A stretch of 63,957 bases of DNA, counting the filler, from Vezdaea acicularis (lineage: Eukaryota), in the NCBI GenBank assembly GCA_026025075.1. It is 3 parts of 3 records of this genome, joined end to end, with 100 filler letters (N's around TTAATTAATTAA, not from the genome) between each part and the next. Parts side by side here need not be neighbours in the genome. Positions count along the whole stretch, not along the records: positions 26,892 to 53,506 come from JAPEUI010000177.1; 2 more parts are not named here. The stretch is one strand, 5' to 3'. Of the stretch, positions 36,134 through 49,828 are shown one piece after another. The position numbers and the translations under genes are program-made. Each line of letters starts with the position of its first letter. Positions within the stretch are counted from its first letter, which is position 1. Below the pieces are notes generated by a model that saw only the letters and a program-made list of their open reading frames with translations, was not told the origin of the DNA and made no database searches.

Positions 36134-39100
36134 TTATTGTAATTCTCGAGTGATGAGGCCAACATGGTGCACGTAAGACTATCACAAATTAATACAGCAA
36201 ACAGTGGAGCGTTCGAAAACTTACACCTATTGTGTAGTGGAATCCAACGACTTCTTCATTAATCGAACATTCTAACCTAAAACTTAAAACCTCTTCTTCA
36301 TTGGGACTTTCCTGGGTATATATACGCCAATCAACAATAGAATGCTGTTGGCCATGGTTCGTTTGCAAAGTCATTTCTACAAGACGATTTCCAGCGTCGC
36401 GTTGCTGCATGCAGATGTCGACCGCAATGATACGCTCACCACCAAGTCCTTTGAATAAGCTGGTCAATATTACTTTCATTCTCAAATGAGTAAGGTCAAC
36501 AGTACCATTTATATTCATTACTTGCTTTGGGACATGCTTCGCGAAGCGGTCTTGCCAGTCTCCGAGGATAATCGTGCCCATTCTCGGACTGCCATGGAAT
36601 TTGATACCTTGTAAACCAAACCTTCCAGGGACGTCATTTACATAAGCTTCAATGCTTTGGAGTAATTCTGGCTCAAAAAGAGTAAAAGATTTGATTGGCT
36701 TCGAACCGTAGTAAGTTTGGGGGGGATCTTCATCCTGTAATTGAAGACCCCGCGGTATCAAGCTTGGGTCTCGCCCCCATGTTAGGGTGTGGTCGGCGCC
36801 GAGCTTAATCACGGCCGGTGCATTCGGGGCGGCCGGTGGCGTCAAAGAGTCGAGCGAAGATTGTTTTTCAATCTCATCATAGATAAGTCCAATACGATCA
36901 CAGTTTGAAGGCTATTAGCAATTAGCTTCATAAACTTCTAATGGTATTTCGTACCCATACATCAGAATAGCTCATGTATATTCCAATCGCCGTTTGCCCG
37001 TTGGGCGCCTTCTTTTCTATAATGACACCATCCTCCGGAGAACCAAACCATGGACTACACCGACCAGTACTAGTGCCAAGCTGATTCTTCATTAGCCACG
37101 ACCCATATTCGTCTTTTTGGGTACTTACCGCTACTGCACTAACGGTGCCGAAGACTGGCTCGGGCATGAAAATAGTAGTTATTCTCTCATTTTTGTGAAT
37201 GAGGAAGAGACTTTCGAATGCTGAAGCTTGGCCTAAGGGTTCGTCGTCCCAACTATCTCCTCGACGGAAACGTAAGCCGCAGAATCGGTTTCGAATAGAG
37301 TAACCCTTTACACCAGTCAAAGGTCCTTCCGACTCGCGCTCAAAAGCATCGGAGAGTACGTAGAACCTTTTTAGAAGCGATTGGTCGGCTTTAGCTGATG
37401 GCCGTCCAAAGTATGGAGAGCCTAAGTTGTATTCTTTTGCTGCCTCGGAATCATCTTGAATCAAAGGACACCAATCTATAATCCTTTCCGAGGTAAAAGT
37501 AAATTGAACTCCTGCCAAGAACTTCGCTTCAACTTCCATGAAGTGATTTTCTGACATTTTTTGATTCCCTTTGAGGAACTAGTTCTCTGTTAGATGTCAT
37601 TGTCATGGACGTGATTTTCGGCACCACTTGCCAGTAGATTTGGAAGATATTGATTAGACCAAGACGTGTCTTGAGGCCCATTGACGCTGATCGCAACTCC
37701 TGTAATTCGATCTCCTATGTTAGAGATCCGCTGAAACTCTTGTGCAAGAGCAGTGTCAGTATTTCCGAAGACGGTGTCTTGTCTTTTCCCGGAATAGCCA
37801 AACTTGATTCCCTCCATTTTACCGTATATAACGACATGTGAAATAGGTTCTGCAAATGACACCCAACCAGTGAACTTAGCGTGAGGCCGAATTTTGATCG
37901 CTTTGCGAGAGTCGCTGTTCTTAAGACCCTTGACGAAATTCGGCGGAGGGGGGCTGTCTACCCAAGGTAATAACTGCTCATCCGTCTCAACGAAAGGAAG
38001 CCGAAGTTCTTGCAACTCGTTATGCTGGGCAGGGTAAATGCTAAGCTGGCTGCTTGACTCCATCCGTGCTTCTTCGGGGCAGCTGATGGGTTCTGTGATT
38101 ATACCTAATTGTATGATGCGTCTAACCTACGGCTTGTTAGATATATCTGCCAGAAGGGGCTCAGCGTACCTCAGAGCTGGCGAGACAGTGGAAGCCAATG
38201 ATTGGATTCTTCAGAAGGGTCAGATCGCCTAGCCTTTTGGTATGAAGCTTGACGACTCGCTCTAACGCGAATATGCTCTGGGTTCCTAGGTAACGATTCC
38301 CGAATGGGGGACTTCTAGATCCCGACGAAAGTATGATCTGCAATGCTTAGCTATATAGCAACTGCTAATGTCATTTACTAAAACTTACCTGCAAACCATG
38401 AACCCCTAAGGGTCCATAGTTGATTACCGCACCGTAAATATCATCGCCAGAAGGAATCTTGAAAGATTGGCTGGGCTTGAGATCGCAGAAGCCTAGAGTA
38501 TCAGTCCGGCTGCCTCGGCCGATACTATACTGAAAGCTAAGCCCAACAAGGTAAGAGTTCTTAAGATAACCTCTAACTTGGATAGTCCTTCGGCTTTGGC
38601 CAAAAAGGTTGAGGTGCGGACGAATCATCCATTCTGAAGCACGGGTTCTCCAGTCGTCCATAATTGGACCTTCTCGTTCTAAAAGCAAAACATTGTTTGG
38701 TGGAGGGAACTTCCACATCGAAGCCTCTGCATGGGACAGGGGGACAGTCACTGGAGGTTCTGTCACATGTAAATCAGTAACATCGAATGTGATCGGGAAT
38801 CTTTGTTCCATCATGGCAAAGGTTTCGATGAAGCCCAGGGAGTTGACGAACACGCTCACCCCAGCAAGATGGCGATATTTCCGAGGACAGACTAATCGAC
38901 GGACAGGGTAATCCCAGTCACCAAAGGGCGGCGACAGTATCTCGTCATCGGCAGCTTCGACCGGTGTAGTAGTCTCGTTATCAAACACAAACCGAATGCC
39001 GCTAAGGCTACCATTCTTCCAACAGACGTAAAAACCTATCAGCACCATAGAGTCTGCAGGGTGTGGTCGATACGTCTCGCATAGGAGGGTCCGACAGACT

Positions 39101-40913
39101 CCAATCTGCTTGCAAAATTGGGTTGAATCCCGATACGAAGTTGACTTATACTCAGCAGAAAACTCAAGGCCACGCACATGGCGTGTCACAGGATCCAGCC
39201 AAATTCGAATCTGCTTGATCGAGGAGACCAGCTCATTAGGTCCAAGTGGCTCCGCTGACGAAGATTCGATTGATAAACTAGCAGAGTTCTCAGTTCCGGG
39301 TTCAGATGTGCCACTATCTGCCCCAGAATTCCGGATTGGATTGACGAAAAGAAGCGTCTCTCTCCAGCCATCGCTACCAGACAACCTTCCCACCGCGCCC
39401 CTTACGATTGAGGTCGCATCCGCCACGGCTTTAGGCATTCCTCCATTAACGTGTAAGTTCTCGCTTGATCTCTCAACTAGGTCATCCGCTATTGGCTGCA
39501 AAATCTTCCAGATGCGACGCCTATTGCGAAGGCCGTTGTCGACCTTCCAGCTTCTAGAGACATACTCAAATATATTTTTCCAATCAATGCGGGGCTGTCC
39601 ATGGGTTCGGTAATCTTCGGTCTGTCGAAGCAATTTGGGTAGGTATGACATCTCTTCTCTTATGAAACGACGATATTCGCGCTGAGGGATGGGCATTATA
39701 CTTGCCGGGACCGAGGCCATCCGCCATCGAAAAGTTTCGACGCAACTTAAATATTTGAGGATTTCAACAAGTATTTCAGATGGTAACAACCAGAATCGGT
39801 CCCTTGTGTCACTTTTTAGAGGCTTAGCCTGGCCAAACGTCTTTTCCGAGGCAATTTGGAGTTCAAGGGGAAGATGCAACAATGGCGATTGTGATGGATT
39901 CGCAACGAGCCACTAGACTTGCATTAGTGGATATCAACATAAATAACTATTCCACGTACATGTAAGCTGTCGATGTGAAGCCATCTTAGCCCTTCTCCGC
40001 AGATTTGTGCCTCTCTGTAACCACCATTGATGACTGAGGATACGGATAACCGAGTGATCACTTCAAAAGAATCACCACGGCGAAGAGCTGCGGTGGTTAA
40101 GTCAGACGGCTTCCCCGTATCCGCAACTGGAAGGAGATCGCAGAGGTAATTCCATAGCTGATCTGTGTCCATGTGCTCGTCGTCATCTTCAGATCTGGAG
40201 TCGAGCTCGCTAGTGATTCCTCGTCTTGCCTTGCAGACCTGGAAAGCGTGGTCTAGTATATCCCAACACTCATCGTGAAAGGGAAAGCTACTGATTCGGA
40301 ACTTTTGGTCGATTCTATCGGGTTCCTGGTACACATGAAAGCCATGGTTTCGACCAAAGAAGGGCAAGCCTTCCTCGTCCTCCTCTTCAGATTCAGGTTC
40401 ACTGTCGACAGATGCATATGCGTCAGCCCAAGACGCATCCTCTCTCATCCTCCCTCGACCGGTGAGATAGGTCGACTGATCATTGGCCAGTTGCTGCAGA
40501 CCATCTTGAGGATGTACGCGTGCGTGTCGATGTATTAGTGCACGGATAATTCGGATCCACTTGGTATCGTTAGATTCCAGCTTCGACGCATCATAAGCTC
40601 GCCGCGTTTCAGTTGATACCAAAGGTCCGCTTGCTGCGGTTGCCCCACGAAGCTCAAGGCTTAAGGGACTCTTGACCTTGACATTTGCAGTTATCTCAGG
40701 CAGCAATACGGGTTGATAAATATTGAAGTTGTTTACAAAGTGAGCGCCTCTAAGCTCGCGCGGAGATTCCTCCTCCTCTGTTCTGGCCTTTTCCGCGAAT
40801 CGATGTTGGCCTCGAGCAAAATCGGCTGTTCGGACGCGAGCCAGCGGGCCGCCGCAAAATGCGCAAAGAAAATGAGTGCGGTAGGAGTCCTCGGACCAGA
40901 AAGAGCCTTGCAT
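36134..40913 (-). CDS. Large multi-exon F-box protein with repeated jacalin-like beta-prism C-terminal domains
   Basis: N-terminal CAFCGGP...FPFHDECW; F-box DRFWLLPSEILVEILKYL; DW...GLRNRRRIW; repeated L.GI.F / GE.I..V / TNHG motifs across ORFs 39924-40913, 38371-39882, 37590-38063, 36928-37557 and 36189-36845. Confidence 0.7.
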
Positions 40914-42525
40914 CTCAGGATCGGACCTTACAATGATCGTTAGCTCTCATGATCAACCTCTGAACAAGATTGAGGATTGACATTGAGTTAAAGCACGAGA
41001 GCTCCGCCATGACTGGCAGTAGCTATCTTCAAAATTCCAGCTCATATTATATCACATTCTCTAGTGAAGAACGGGATATGGTAGACAAAAAAAGGTACAG
41101 GGATATCCACGCAGTGGACACCAGCTGAATGCGCCACTTGCCCCGCTAACCCGTTCTGAGCGTGACCTACTTTTTCTTCACGAACCCTTCCACTGTAGGA
41201 TCGACCGGATTCCATACCTATTCGTCTACCCAATTGCATCCTGCAATGCATCTGATCGACTAGGATCGTAACAATTGATGACGTCGAACCCTGTGATTGG
41301 CAGCAAACCCGGCATCTCTCCAGCCTTGCCATACCGGCTGATGATTGCCTACGTTTTCATGTTAGTCTCCATAGCCAATGACAGGGTTATATACCCAGAG
41401 TCCTGGCTATCACATTGACGAAACGCTGGTAGGAAATCTCTTTCGCCAGATTTCCTACCTCTTGATTTGTGACATAACATATGTGATTAATCAAAAAGGT
41501 TTATATCATATGCACAGCATCCCTTCTAACCGTCCATGTATCCCATGGAAACACCAGTCCAAGCCACCCCCTCATTAACAAACCGAATACGCTTGCTGTT
41601 GTTAGACGTTAAAATGAAGGAGAGCCCTGAGAATTTCTCGACCGCCATATATACGGGCTGCTGAAGGGCGTGCGTCACCCTTTATCCAGGCATCCTCTCG
41701 AAACGTTTTGAAAACCTTGGCTCAAGGATTAACCCACGACGATGTCTGTCAAGATTCTATCGACCCAGCTCTGTTCCCCAAAAATGTAGCAGGGCGGAGT
41801 TGAATTTAAGTTTACGGAATCAGAGACTATATTAGGCGGAGAGCACTACTTTGCTTTAGCAGCCGTCAACCCACGCGATGGCGGCCCTAGGGTTTAAGTT
41901 CCCGCACGTGCGCCAACGTCATGTGTCAAGCACATCGCTGCCGTCATTTGATTTTCTAATCAGTTCCTATCCTAACCTGCATCGCGAAAATCACCAACAC
42001 CCTTCCAAGTAAAAGGAGTTGGCTCCTACGATATCCCTCAAAATCGGCAGGAAGTCTATTATGAGGGAGTAAACCTATTACGAAAGACAAGCCATCTATG
42101 TAAATACAGCATAGCGTACTTTAGCATGTAGATGTTTGAAGAGGAGATAAAGACTGACGTCGACGAAGGGAGAACGACTCTAGCAATCCTCTTAAAGCAT
42201 TCAGCAAGGTTACTAGGGGAAAACTTCGCAGATCTCGATTTCTCGGAGTCCGCTGGTTGAACGACAAGTCAAACATAAGACTCCTCACCTATCTAGTGTA
42301 GTGAGCGAAGTTGTGAAAGGAGCGTGGAGGAGCGGCTATTCACGTAGCCCACTTCACATCTTTCTTATATGGCCGCCATGTAATAGCAACCCCTCGAACT
42401 CCTAATCTCTGCAATCACCATGAACCTCCCGTTCAGTTGCCCATGCACAGGAAATTTACTTGTACTCACATAAACAGCTATATGAAGTCTAGCACGGCGC
42501 CGCCTTCAACTCCAACTAACGCACC

Positions 42526-43413
42526 ATGTCTGCATATCGCTCGCCACTTATCGAAACCCTTGATAGTAATGGCTACGTTATCCTTTCTGCATTCCTCACA
42601 GGTAGCGAGCTTAGGCGGCTACGACTGGCTACTAGTCGTACTATATTATTAGCCCGCAGTGGACAATGGCCACACCTTCGGACACTCCCGAAACAATTTC
42701 CACCGTGGTCTTCAACAACAACTAATGGGATCTGGGGCATACAACACCTACTACATCCTAGCCTACCCGACTCAGCGGAGTTTGCTAGGAGCTACTTCAG
42801 TGATACTATCATCGATACGGTAAAGGCTCTGCTTGGTCTTGCCGACAATGATGGAGACGACGTTTTGGTTATGGAGCTATATAACCTCCTAATTACCCCT
42901 GATCGGAATTTCGAGCTTCGTTGGCATAGGGACGACATACCACCCTCTGCAGCAGCAGTGGAAGAACTCGAAAGGCTTGGGAAGCCTGCATGGCATGCAC
43001 AATGGAATCTTGCGCTCTATGACGACGAATCCTTGGTCGTTGTTCCTGGGAGTCACAAACGCGCGCGCACTGCGGCTGAGATTGCGGCAGAACCTTACGA
43101 AGCAGACATGCCAGGCCAAAAGACTGTTGAGTTAAAAGCTGGCGACTGTGTGTTCTATAATAATAACATCTTGCATAGAGGAGTGTATGACAGTACGATA
43201 CGGAGAGAAACTTTACATGGGAGTATTGGGCATGTTCGCGGCTCTAGAGTCCGCGCAAGAAACGTATTACAGCATGGCGTCGGATCGTGGATCCTGCAGG
43301 CTGATTTTATATCATTGGAAGAGAGGCAAAAGACAAGGGCTGAAAGCATGAGAGAGAACCTTATTAAGATGGGAGCCGAGAATATTGATAGTGCATTCTC
43401 ACAAAACGATTGA
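42526..43413 (+). CDS. Phytanoyl-CoA dioxygenase (PhyH)-family Fe(II)/2OG oxygenase
   Basis: L..NGYVIL, WHRDD (HxD), LVVVPGSHK, LKAGDCVFY...ILHRG, R.TLH. Confidence 0.88.
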   Translation: MSAYRSPLIETLDSNGYVILSAFLTGSELRRLRLATSRTILLARSGQWPHLRTLPKQFPPWSSTTTNGIWGIQHLLHPSLPDSAEFARSYFSDTIIDTVKALLGLADNDGDDVLVMELYNLLITPDRNFELRWHRDDIPPSAAAVEELERLGKPAWHAQWNLALYDDESLVVVPGSHKRARTAAEIAAEPYEADMPGQKTVELKAGDCVFYNNNILHRGVYDSTIRRETLHGSIGHVRGSRVRARNVLQHGVGSWILQADFISLEERQKTRAESMRENLIKMGAENIDSAFSQND

Positions 43414-43555
43414 ACAGGTGCTCTGGAGAGGTGTAGAGATTGAGGTAGAAGCAAACACATTATTGGATGGCGTAACGGACACCCCCTATCTATCCGGCCT
43501 AGGAGGGATGTGGGGTGACTGCGGGTAGTGTTTAGAGGGCGACGATCGCGCCTAG

Positions 43556-43792
43556 TGCACGGGGTGTTAGCTATGCCTGTTCCGCAAAGAAGTGGCGTCC
43601 GATTTTCGTGATTCATCAGCACCACGACTACAGACGCGATCGGAATTTAAAAGCTTATAGAGGCATCTCAAGGTGGAATAAGGTTTCTGTTGCCACTGAT
43701 AAAATTGTTTAAAGCGAAAGGGTGGACGGTGGAAAATTGGGAAAATCGGACGCCACTTATTGGCAGAACAGACATAGCTAATACCCCGTGCA
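43556..43792. mobile_element. MITE-like element, 237 bp, with 52-bp terminal inverted repeats
   Basis: 43556-43607 TGCACGGGGTGTTAGCTATGCCTGTTCCGCAAAGAAGTGGCGTCCGATTTTC versus the reverse complement of 43741-43792: 47/52 identical. Non-coding interior. Confidence 0.8.
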
Positions 43793-43807
43793 TAGGTCAC
43801 GTTCGTA

Positions 43808-46375
43808 TTACAAATCCCTGATCGCCCCATCGAAAGCGTCGATAATCCGGTCGTACATCTTGACAGTATCGCTTGCTGGTGGTGTTCCCCAAAAGATTGA
43901 TCCGTCTGAAGTGATGGGAAACAGGATGCTGCGAAGTCTTTCCGCCAGAGGCTTGAGCTTCTTGAAGGACGTGGAGAACTCGGCCACCAGTTTTCTGAAA
44001 TAACCCTTCTCCATGTGCGCACGTTTCATAGATGCAATATTGTCATAGGTGCCACTGTACCAGCTACGTAAGAAGTTTTTTGGCATCCTCCAGTGGACGT
44101 ATTCGCTTGGTACTCGAGACGCACTTTCGAGGCTGCTCGAGTCCTCAACATCTTCGACTGTACCCTTGTGGCGAACGCATATCCATAAGAAGACGTAGAA
44201 GAAAGACTCAAGATCGTGTCGGAATGTGTGACTGAGACCTTCGAGCACTTCAATGGCCATGAACTGCAATGTGCCGGTTTGACTTCCAGCTCCTCTGCAA
44301 GATGATCCTCGCTCCTTCGCTAGATCTAGGTCGATTAGGATGCCTGTTGGCGTCTCACCCCTTGCAATGACGATATTGTTCATGGAAATGTCTCGATGAA
44401 GTATTTTCCCATCGATCAAAAGTGACTTGTGAGCCAGGATGGCATCACGTAATACTTGAAGAAATTCTTTGATGGAATGGAATTCACCAAACGGTCTTCC
44501 AGCGGGGGAGACTATCAGGCAACAGTAGGCTCGATCTTCATAAGGCTCGTCCTCATCGCTCATAAGACTATCCGGGTGAGAATCTTGAGCGTTGGAGTAA
44601 AGGATCGTTTCGGGCTCGAGCGGCTCTGGTTTGGGTGTCTCATCACTTAAACGTCTTCTCTTAGTGCTGCTGCTCTCCCGCTGGACTACATCCCTTTTTC
44701 TCTTTCGACTTGAATTTGTAGCCACGCTAATGAGGCTAAATTCCAATCCTCTTGGAAGGCTTGCGCTCTTCTTCAGCTTTCCTCTTAAGCTCCCTTTCTC
44801 CCCCGTTTGTGAAGGACTTCTCTCGCCCACGGGACCGTTTAGCCAAGCACTTTCTCTTGAGTTCTGACGTGGCCTTTGAAACGACAAGCCACTCCGCAAG
44901 TTTGCGATAGTGTCGTGGCATTCGCCTGTAACGATATCTTGATGGTCGACCCATCTCGCGATCCCCTTAACGCCTCTGTCTTTTGCCAATCTCAGTAGTT
45001 CTCCTTCCCGTCGTCGTTTTGCTGATGGCCAAGAGAATTTGACGACGTACTCCCATTCTATTGCGCGCTCTCCCTTACCTCGATAACAGGTCGTGCCACG
45101 ACATACGATGCCGTTTTTAGAAGCAATGGGCGTGTCCTCGAGATAGATCTTTGATCTGTGAGACATAATATGGCTACCAATGTTATCACGCTTGATAAAG
45201 GTATTCAGTCCGAGCTCTTCATCCGACATGAGGGCATAGCCGGCAAGAACTCTCACAAAGTGTTTTGGATACCCGTGGATATCAAAATTTGGCGAGCTGT
45301 ATGTCCCAGACCTGTCGAACAAATAGAGTCTCATCCTACTTCCACACAAAGTGTACCCATGCGTAAATCTCCTACTTGGCTGGGCTCCAAAAACTTCCCG
45401 GGCGTATCCTGCCAGTTGCAGTAAAGTGTCCTGTTGGCCATCGTCGTCTGGATTGGACTTTACTACACCGATAACAAGCACGCAAGACCAGTCGCGTTTC
45501 CCAGAAGACATAACAGCATCTGAAGGGGCGAGGAAGTGATCCAGCTTTTGATTTCGTTCGGAGCCAAGTAGTCCGTGCCAGTTTGACGTGAAATAGGATC
45601 GATCCAATCCTGCCAGAAACTTATCTTGAAAGGTCTGCAGCCAGTCTAAAAGTTTGCTTTTAGTCGCAGATACTGGGAATTCCATCCATCTGTCTTTCTC
45701 GCACCACTCCTTGGACCTTTCATACTTCTCATTGGCCGCATCCGTCCAGGCCTTCCCCTGGAAGTATCGATCGAAAAACCCCTTCACGTCGTTGTACGTA
45801 CAGTTTCGCAGCTCCTCGGTGATCTGTTGATTAATCTCGCTGCGCTTTTGCTCTAGACTTCTCCGCAACGATGAAGACCTACAGGGCGTATCGAGGACCC
45901 ATTTTTCTACAGCGGTGGGAGGAGTGGCGTTCCTTATGGAAGTGGTGAGGTCAAACACGGCAGCCCAGATATTGACGTCGCTCTGTCCGGTGAGGACTGC
46001 CTTTAGGAGCGGGCGAACAAGCTTTGTACCTGCTTCACTAGAAGAGAGGTGAGGAAGGAGCATAACATCGCGAGAGAGCAGCCCATCTGATATCCTTGAA
46101 CGAAGTGATCGAACGGCGGGTTGACTTAGCAGGGCCTCACAGAGATCCAATATTGCATTTTTCGTATCTATTCAAGATTAGCAGCGTATTGATCTTACTG
46201 AACGCCAATGACCTTTGTTTGGCCATCGAGACGTGAGCTTGTCTACTATCTCGGGGGTGTCGACACCCTTGCCCTTCTCGTGCTTGGACGTGAATGCGGT
46301 GCAGAAGTCTAGAAGCCCGTCTTTCAGAGGGTGTTCACTGATTATCGCGAGCTCCTTTGATGAAAGCTGAGCCAT
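43808..46375 (-). CDS. Fungal-type protein kinase (FunK1/Pkinase_fungal), 2 exons
   Basis: W..VLVIG..K, QLAGYAREVF..QP.RRF.HG, LFDRSG, ELGLNTFI, IVCRGTTCY, VVKFSW, LHRDISMNN, LIDLDLA, TGTLQFMAIE, HTFRHDLESFFYV. Confidence 0.93.
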
Positions 46376-47400
46376 TTCTCTTGTGGAAGCGCTGAGGTTA
46401 GAGATAGCGGCCCATATATTAATATGGCGTTATTCGATGAAGACAGCCGTAACCGATTTCCACGCGCTCCGACTCAACGCGCACTTTAGCGCTATTGAAC
46501 CGCCCCTTAAGATTGGATGCAAACTTCACCCACGAAGTCCGTATGCAAGCAGCACTTGCAGACCTAGAGCCTCGATTGAAGCCAAATTATGCTGCGACCG
46601 CTGAGAAATGAAATTTAATTTGATCTACGCCTCCTAAACGTGATAAAAGAAGGTCAGTCTCTAAAGCAGAAATGGCCTCCGAATACCAATATAGACACCA
46701 GTGGCAGGCTCCCTATCCCAATCGCACCCTCAATGTTGTAAATCGAACCCCCCACAACCCAGAGTCAGAACACCCTAGGCCAATTGTAAAAAAACAGCTT
46801 GATTCATCAGAAATCGTCAGTCGCGCGCTGACGAGCCAGAATTGGAACCCTTGGTAGGCATCACTTGGCTATTTACCGATCTGTGTCTGTCGCTTTCGTC
46901 ATCGTCCCAAAGGTTTCCAAGTAAGATCGTGGAAGCTTCCAAAGCATTGGCTGTCCCGCTTTCAATTCTGTGAGGCAATTGATATGTTGACTTGGCTGTA
47001 CCGTCGTCTAGACCGCTGTCGTCTGCAATACTGGCGATGAGAGCGACCTCGCTGATGCCATCTTCCGAATGGTTGCCTGCATCAACCGTTTGCCCATCGA
47101 GAAGTCTTCTGAAGAGACCATCCATTGACGCATCCCATTTGCTAGCATTCGTCTGCAGTGAACCTATCCATGGGCTTCATCCTCAACATGTAATTGAGAA
47201 TATCTACCACCTGATCACTACTCTCGTCCAACTCGTCCACATCCTCCGTCGCTTGACCCCGGATCCTCTGCAGTCTAGCTGGTCTACTCGCGTAGCACTG
47301 TGCACCGATGTAAGACGAATGGCTTATTCCTCGGAATGTGCATACAGTAATATATCAGGCAGGTTGGTACCATGGGCCCAACCTGCTCCAGACCGAGCGT

Positions 47401-48803
47401 TTATCGGTCGGCTTCCGCATCTCCAGGTGCTGTGAACGGGTTTACTTCGTCTATAGGACTAACATCAGGTGGCGCTTCGGCATCCCTGGCCGGTTGCTGT
47501 GGTACTCTGGGGGGCACTGGTTTCCTCCTTGTATTTGCTCGATGTATTCCGTTTCCAAAATCACGAGGTGCGGAAGTCCGTCGCGAGAGCTGTCGAGCGG
47601 GCGTTCCTATTTCTCGCATTTCGTTGGTCAGCTCTGTCCCCCAGGGTGAGGTCGCTGGCTGGATCTGGTCCGAATCTTCTTCGACTGGTCGGTAAGCTAA
47701 GTATGCGGGATCGGGAGCATCACCAGCTTCTCCTGTCTTGTCACGGAAATTGCGTCTACTCGGCCGAGGTGGATAATCAGCAGCCACGTCGGTAGGATGG
47801 TCGTCACCAAAATCATGGATGAGAGGTATACCCCCAGGGCCCGCAGGATGCCCCAGTGCATACATTGGGCCGCTGACAACACTGGCAACTCGTTCACGGC
47901 CGGTTTCTGGACTGGGAGGAGCTGGCTCTCCATGCTCCAAGAGCCCCGCTTCCTGTCGCGAGGCATGGGAGACCTCTCTTCGCCCAAGAAGAATGTTGAC
48001 TCTATCGATTAGGGTAGCTCCATCTCTTCCTTTTCGCTTCTTGTGAAGCAAAAGCGCCCCGATGATGGCAGCCAGCATTAGGGCTCCAGCCAAACCTACA
48101 CCAATACCGAGGCCGGCTTTCTGTCCAGTGCTTAGCCCGCTGCCAGCCGCAGCGGTGCTAGTCGAGGAAGCAACATTGGTACCGGTATTTCTGGACGTTG
48201 AAGATGTCTGGCTACCTGAGCTAGTGGTCTTGCTGGTTGAAGTTGACTTGGTAATACTAGAGGTGGTAGTCCCCAAGGTCGTCGTTGCCGTACTTGAGGC
48301 AGAAGGGCCAAAGGTCGAGAACTGCAGCTTCGATGTCGCCGCCGACGCAGACGCAACGAGCCTCGACAACTGATCTGCACTCGGAAAGCTCCCAAACCTG
48401 AAGTTGGATCAGCTCTATGACTCGGAGGGACAATATCTCCGCCTACGAGAAACACTTACACTTCACACATGCCGCTAAGGTCCTTGCTCAGGCTGTTGTA
48501 GCCTGCATTCGAATCGGAACAGCTTGCCTGAATGCAGAGGGCAGCGGCTGCAAGTGAATTGTTATCTTCGCATATACATGCCTGTCCACCTGAAGGACAA
48601 TCGGCGGATGAAACGGGTGCTGTGCTCCACAAGCATTGGCTCTGATCGTGGGCGTGTAAGTCCTGCTCTCCCAACATCCGCACCTTTGTACTCCACGCAG
48701 CGCGGCCCTATCAGAGTAGACTTACAACGTATTCGCAGCTTTGGCTTCCAACGACTCCAAGCACGAGCGAAAGAGCCGCCAGGCTTAACGTCCTCGTATT
48801 CAT
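47401..48803 (-). CDS. CFEM-like cell-surface protein (signal peptide, Cys domain, Ser/Thr stalk, single TM, cytoplasmic tail)
   Basis: MNTRTLSLAALSLVLGVVGSQ signal; C..C......C......CIC...CI...C...C; S/T-rich region; GLSTGQKAGLGIGVGL TM followed by KKRK. Confidence 0.75.
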
Positions 48804-49828
48804 CGTGTCACGAATTCTTCAGCGATTGTCCTTCCGACGCGAACTCTTGACTTTCGCGCAGCGTCGCGCTCTTAAAGGCCGACATTGCACACAAGGCTCT
48901 CGCCTCATTTAGAAAGCAGTCCCGTCCCTTCCCAACCTTGCGGTGTGCCTTTCAGCGCCGCAAATAACCCCCGTGGCAGAGGCTGAGAGCATCCATGGTG
49001 TTGTCGTTGGCGGGGATTCGTCGGTAAGCGAGATCGGAAGCGAATGAGAAGCTTGGGCCAGCGAAGGGCGCAGCTAAAAGGATGCACGGTTGCGACCATT
49101 TTGGGTCCGTGCCGCTGGTAAACTGAAGCGAGCATGCTTGGCGTTTTATCCGCTTCAGACCTCGTTGATTTCAGTCGATGACATTATTCTGTTTCGATTG
49201 TATCGATGATCGCGCCCAGAAGGTCTGAAAATTGAATACTGGTCCTATCTAGAGCTGAAGTCTGGCTTACCAGTGTTAGGGGGGTGCACTGATGTACCGG
49301 ACGGCCGTCCCTGTAACGAGAGGTTGTCGTAGCATAGAAGGGTATCCATGTAACAAGAGGTCGCTGACATGGGTAAGAGGTCGCCGATATGATAAGAAAA
49401 AGCTTCGAAAACAGATATGATCCTCACAATGAGAATTTGCCCATGCGCCGAGAGGTTACTCATTTCATGAAAGGCCATCCATGAAAATGAGAAGTTATCC
49501 ATTAGGGTGCAAGTCTCCCGCGCTGCATGGCCAATTGCATAATGAGTGTTCTCCTGTGATGGGAGGTGTTGGTTACGCTAGCAATAAGACTCTGAGTTGT
49601 CCCCTTGCGCACAAAAGTCTCGCCCATTACCCCCGAGCTTGATCTTTGATCCCCTGGCAACTGTATAAATGTGTCTGCCGCTTTATAGTCCAAGGTAGCT
49701 AGAGCTAGACGGCCGACCTCAGATAAGATGTATCTGAGACGGGTCCTTTAGCCGATGATATCATAATTTGTAGCACTCATTGTGAAATGAGCACACCCTT
49801 TCCATCCTTTGCTATTTAGTCACCAAAG

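Noticed and set aside
41378..42260. Possible degraded gene upstream of PhyH
   Set aside because: Only short coding-like patches with stops; no family recognised.
42526..43413. TET/JBP dioxygenase partner of the KDZ transposase
   Set aside because: Motifs are PhyH-type (PGSHK, LKAGD, LHRG), and the gene lies about 8 kb outside the repeat-bounded block.
46817..47125. 102-aa acidic minus-strand ORF
   Set aside because: No recognisable domain; may be a real orphan or the 3' region of the CFEM gene.
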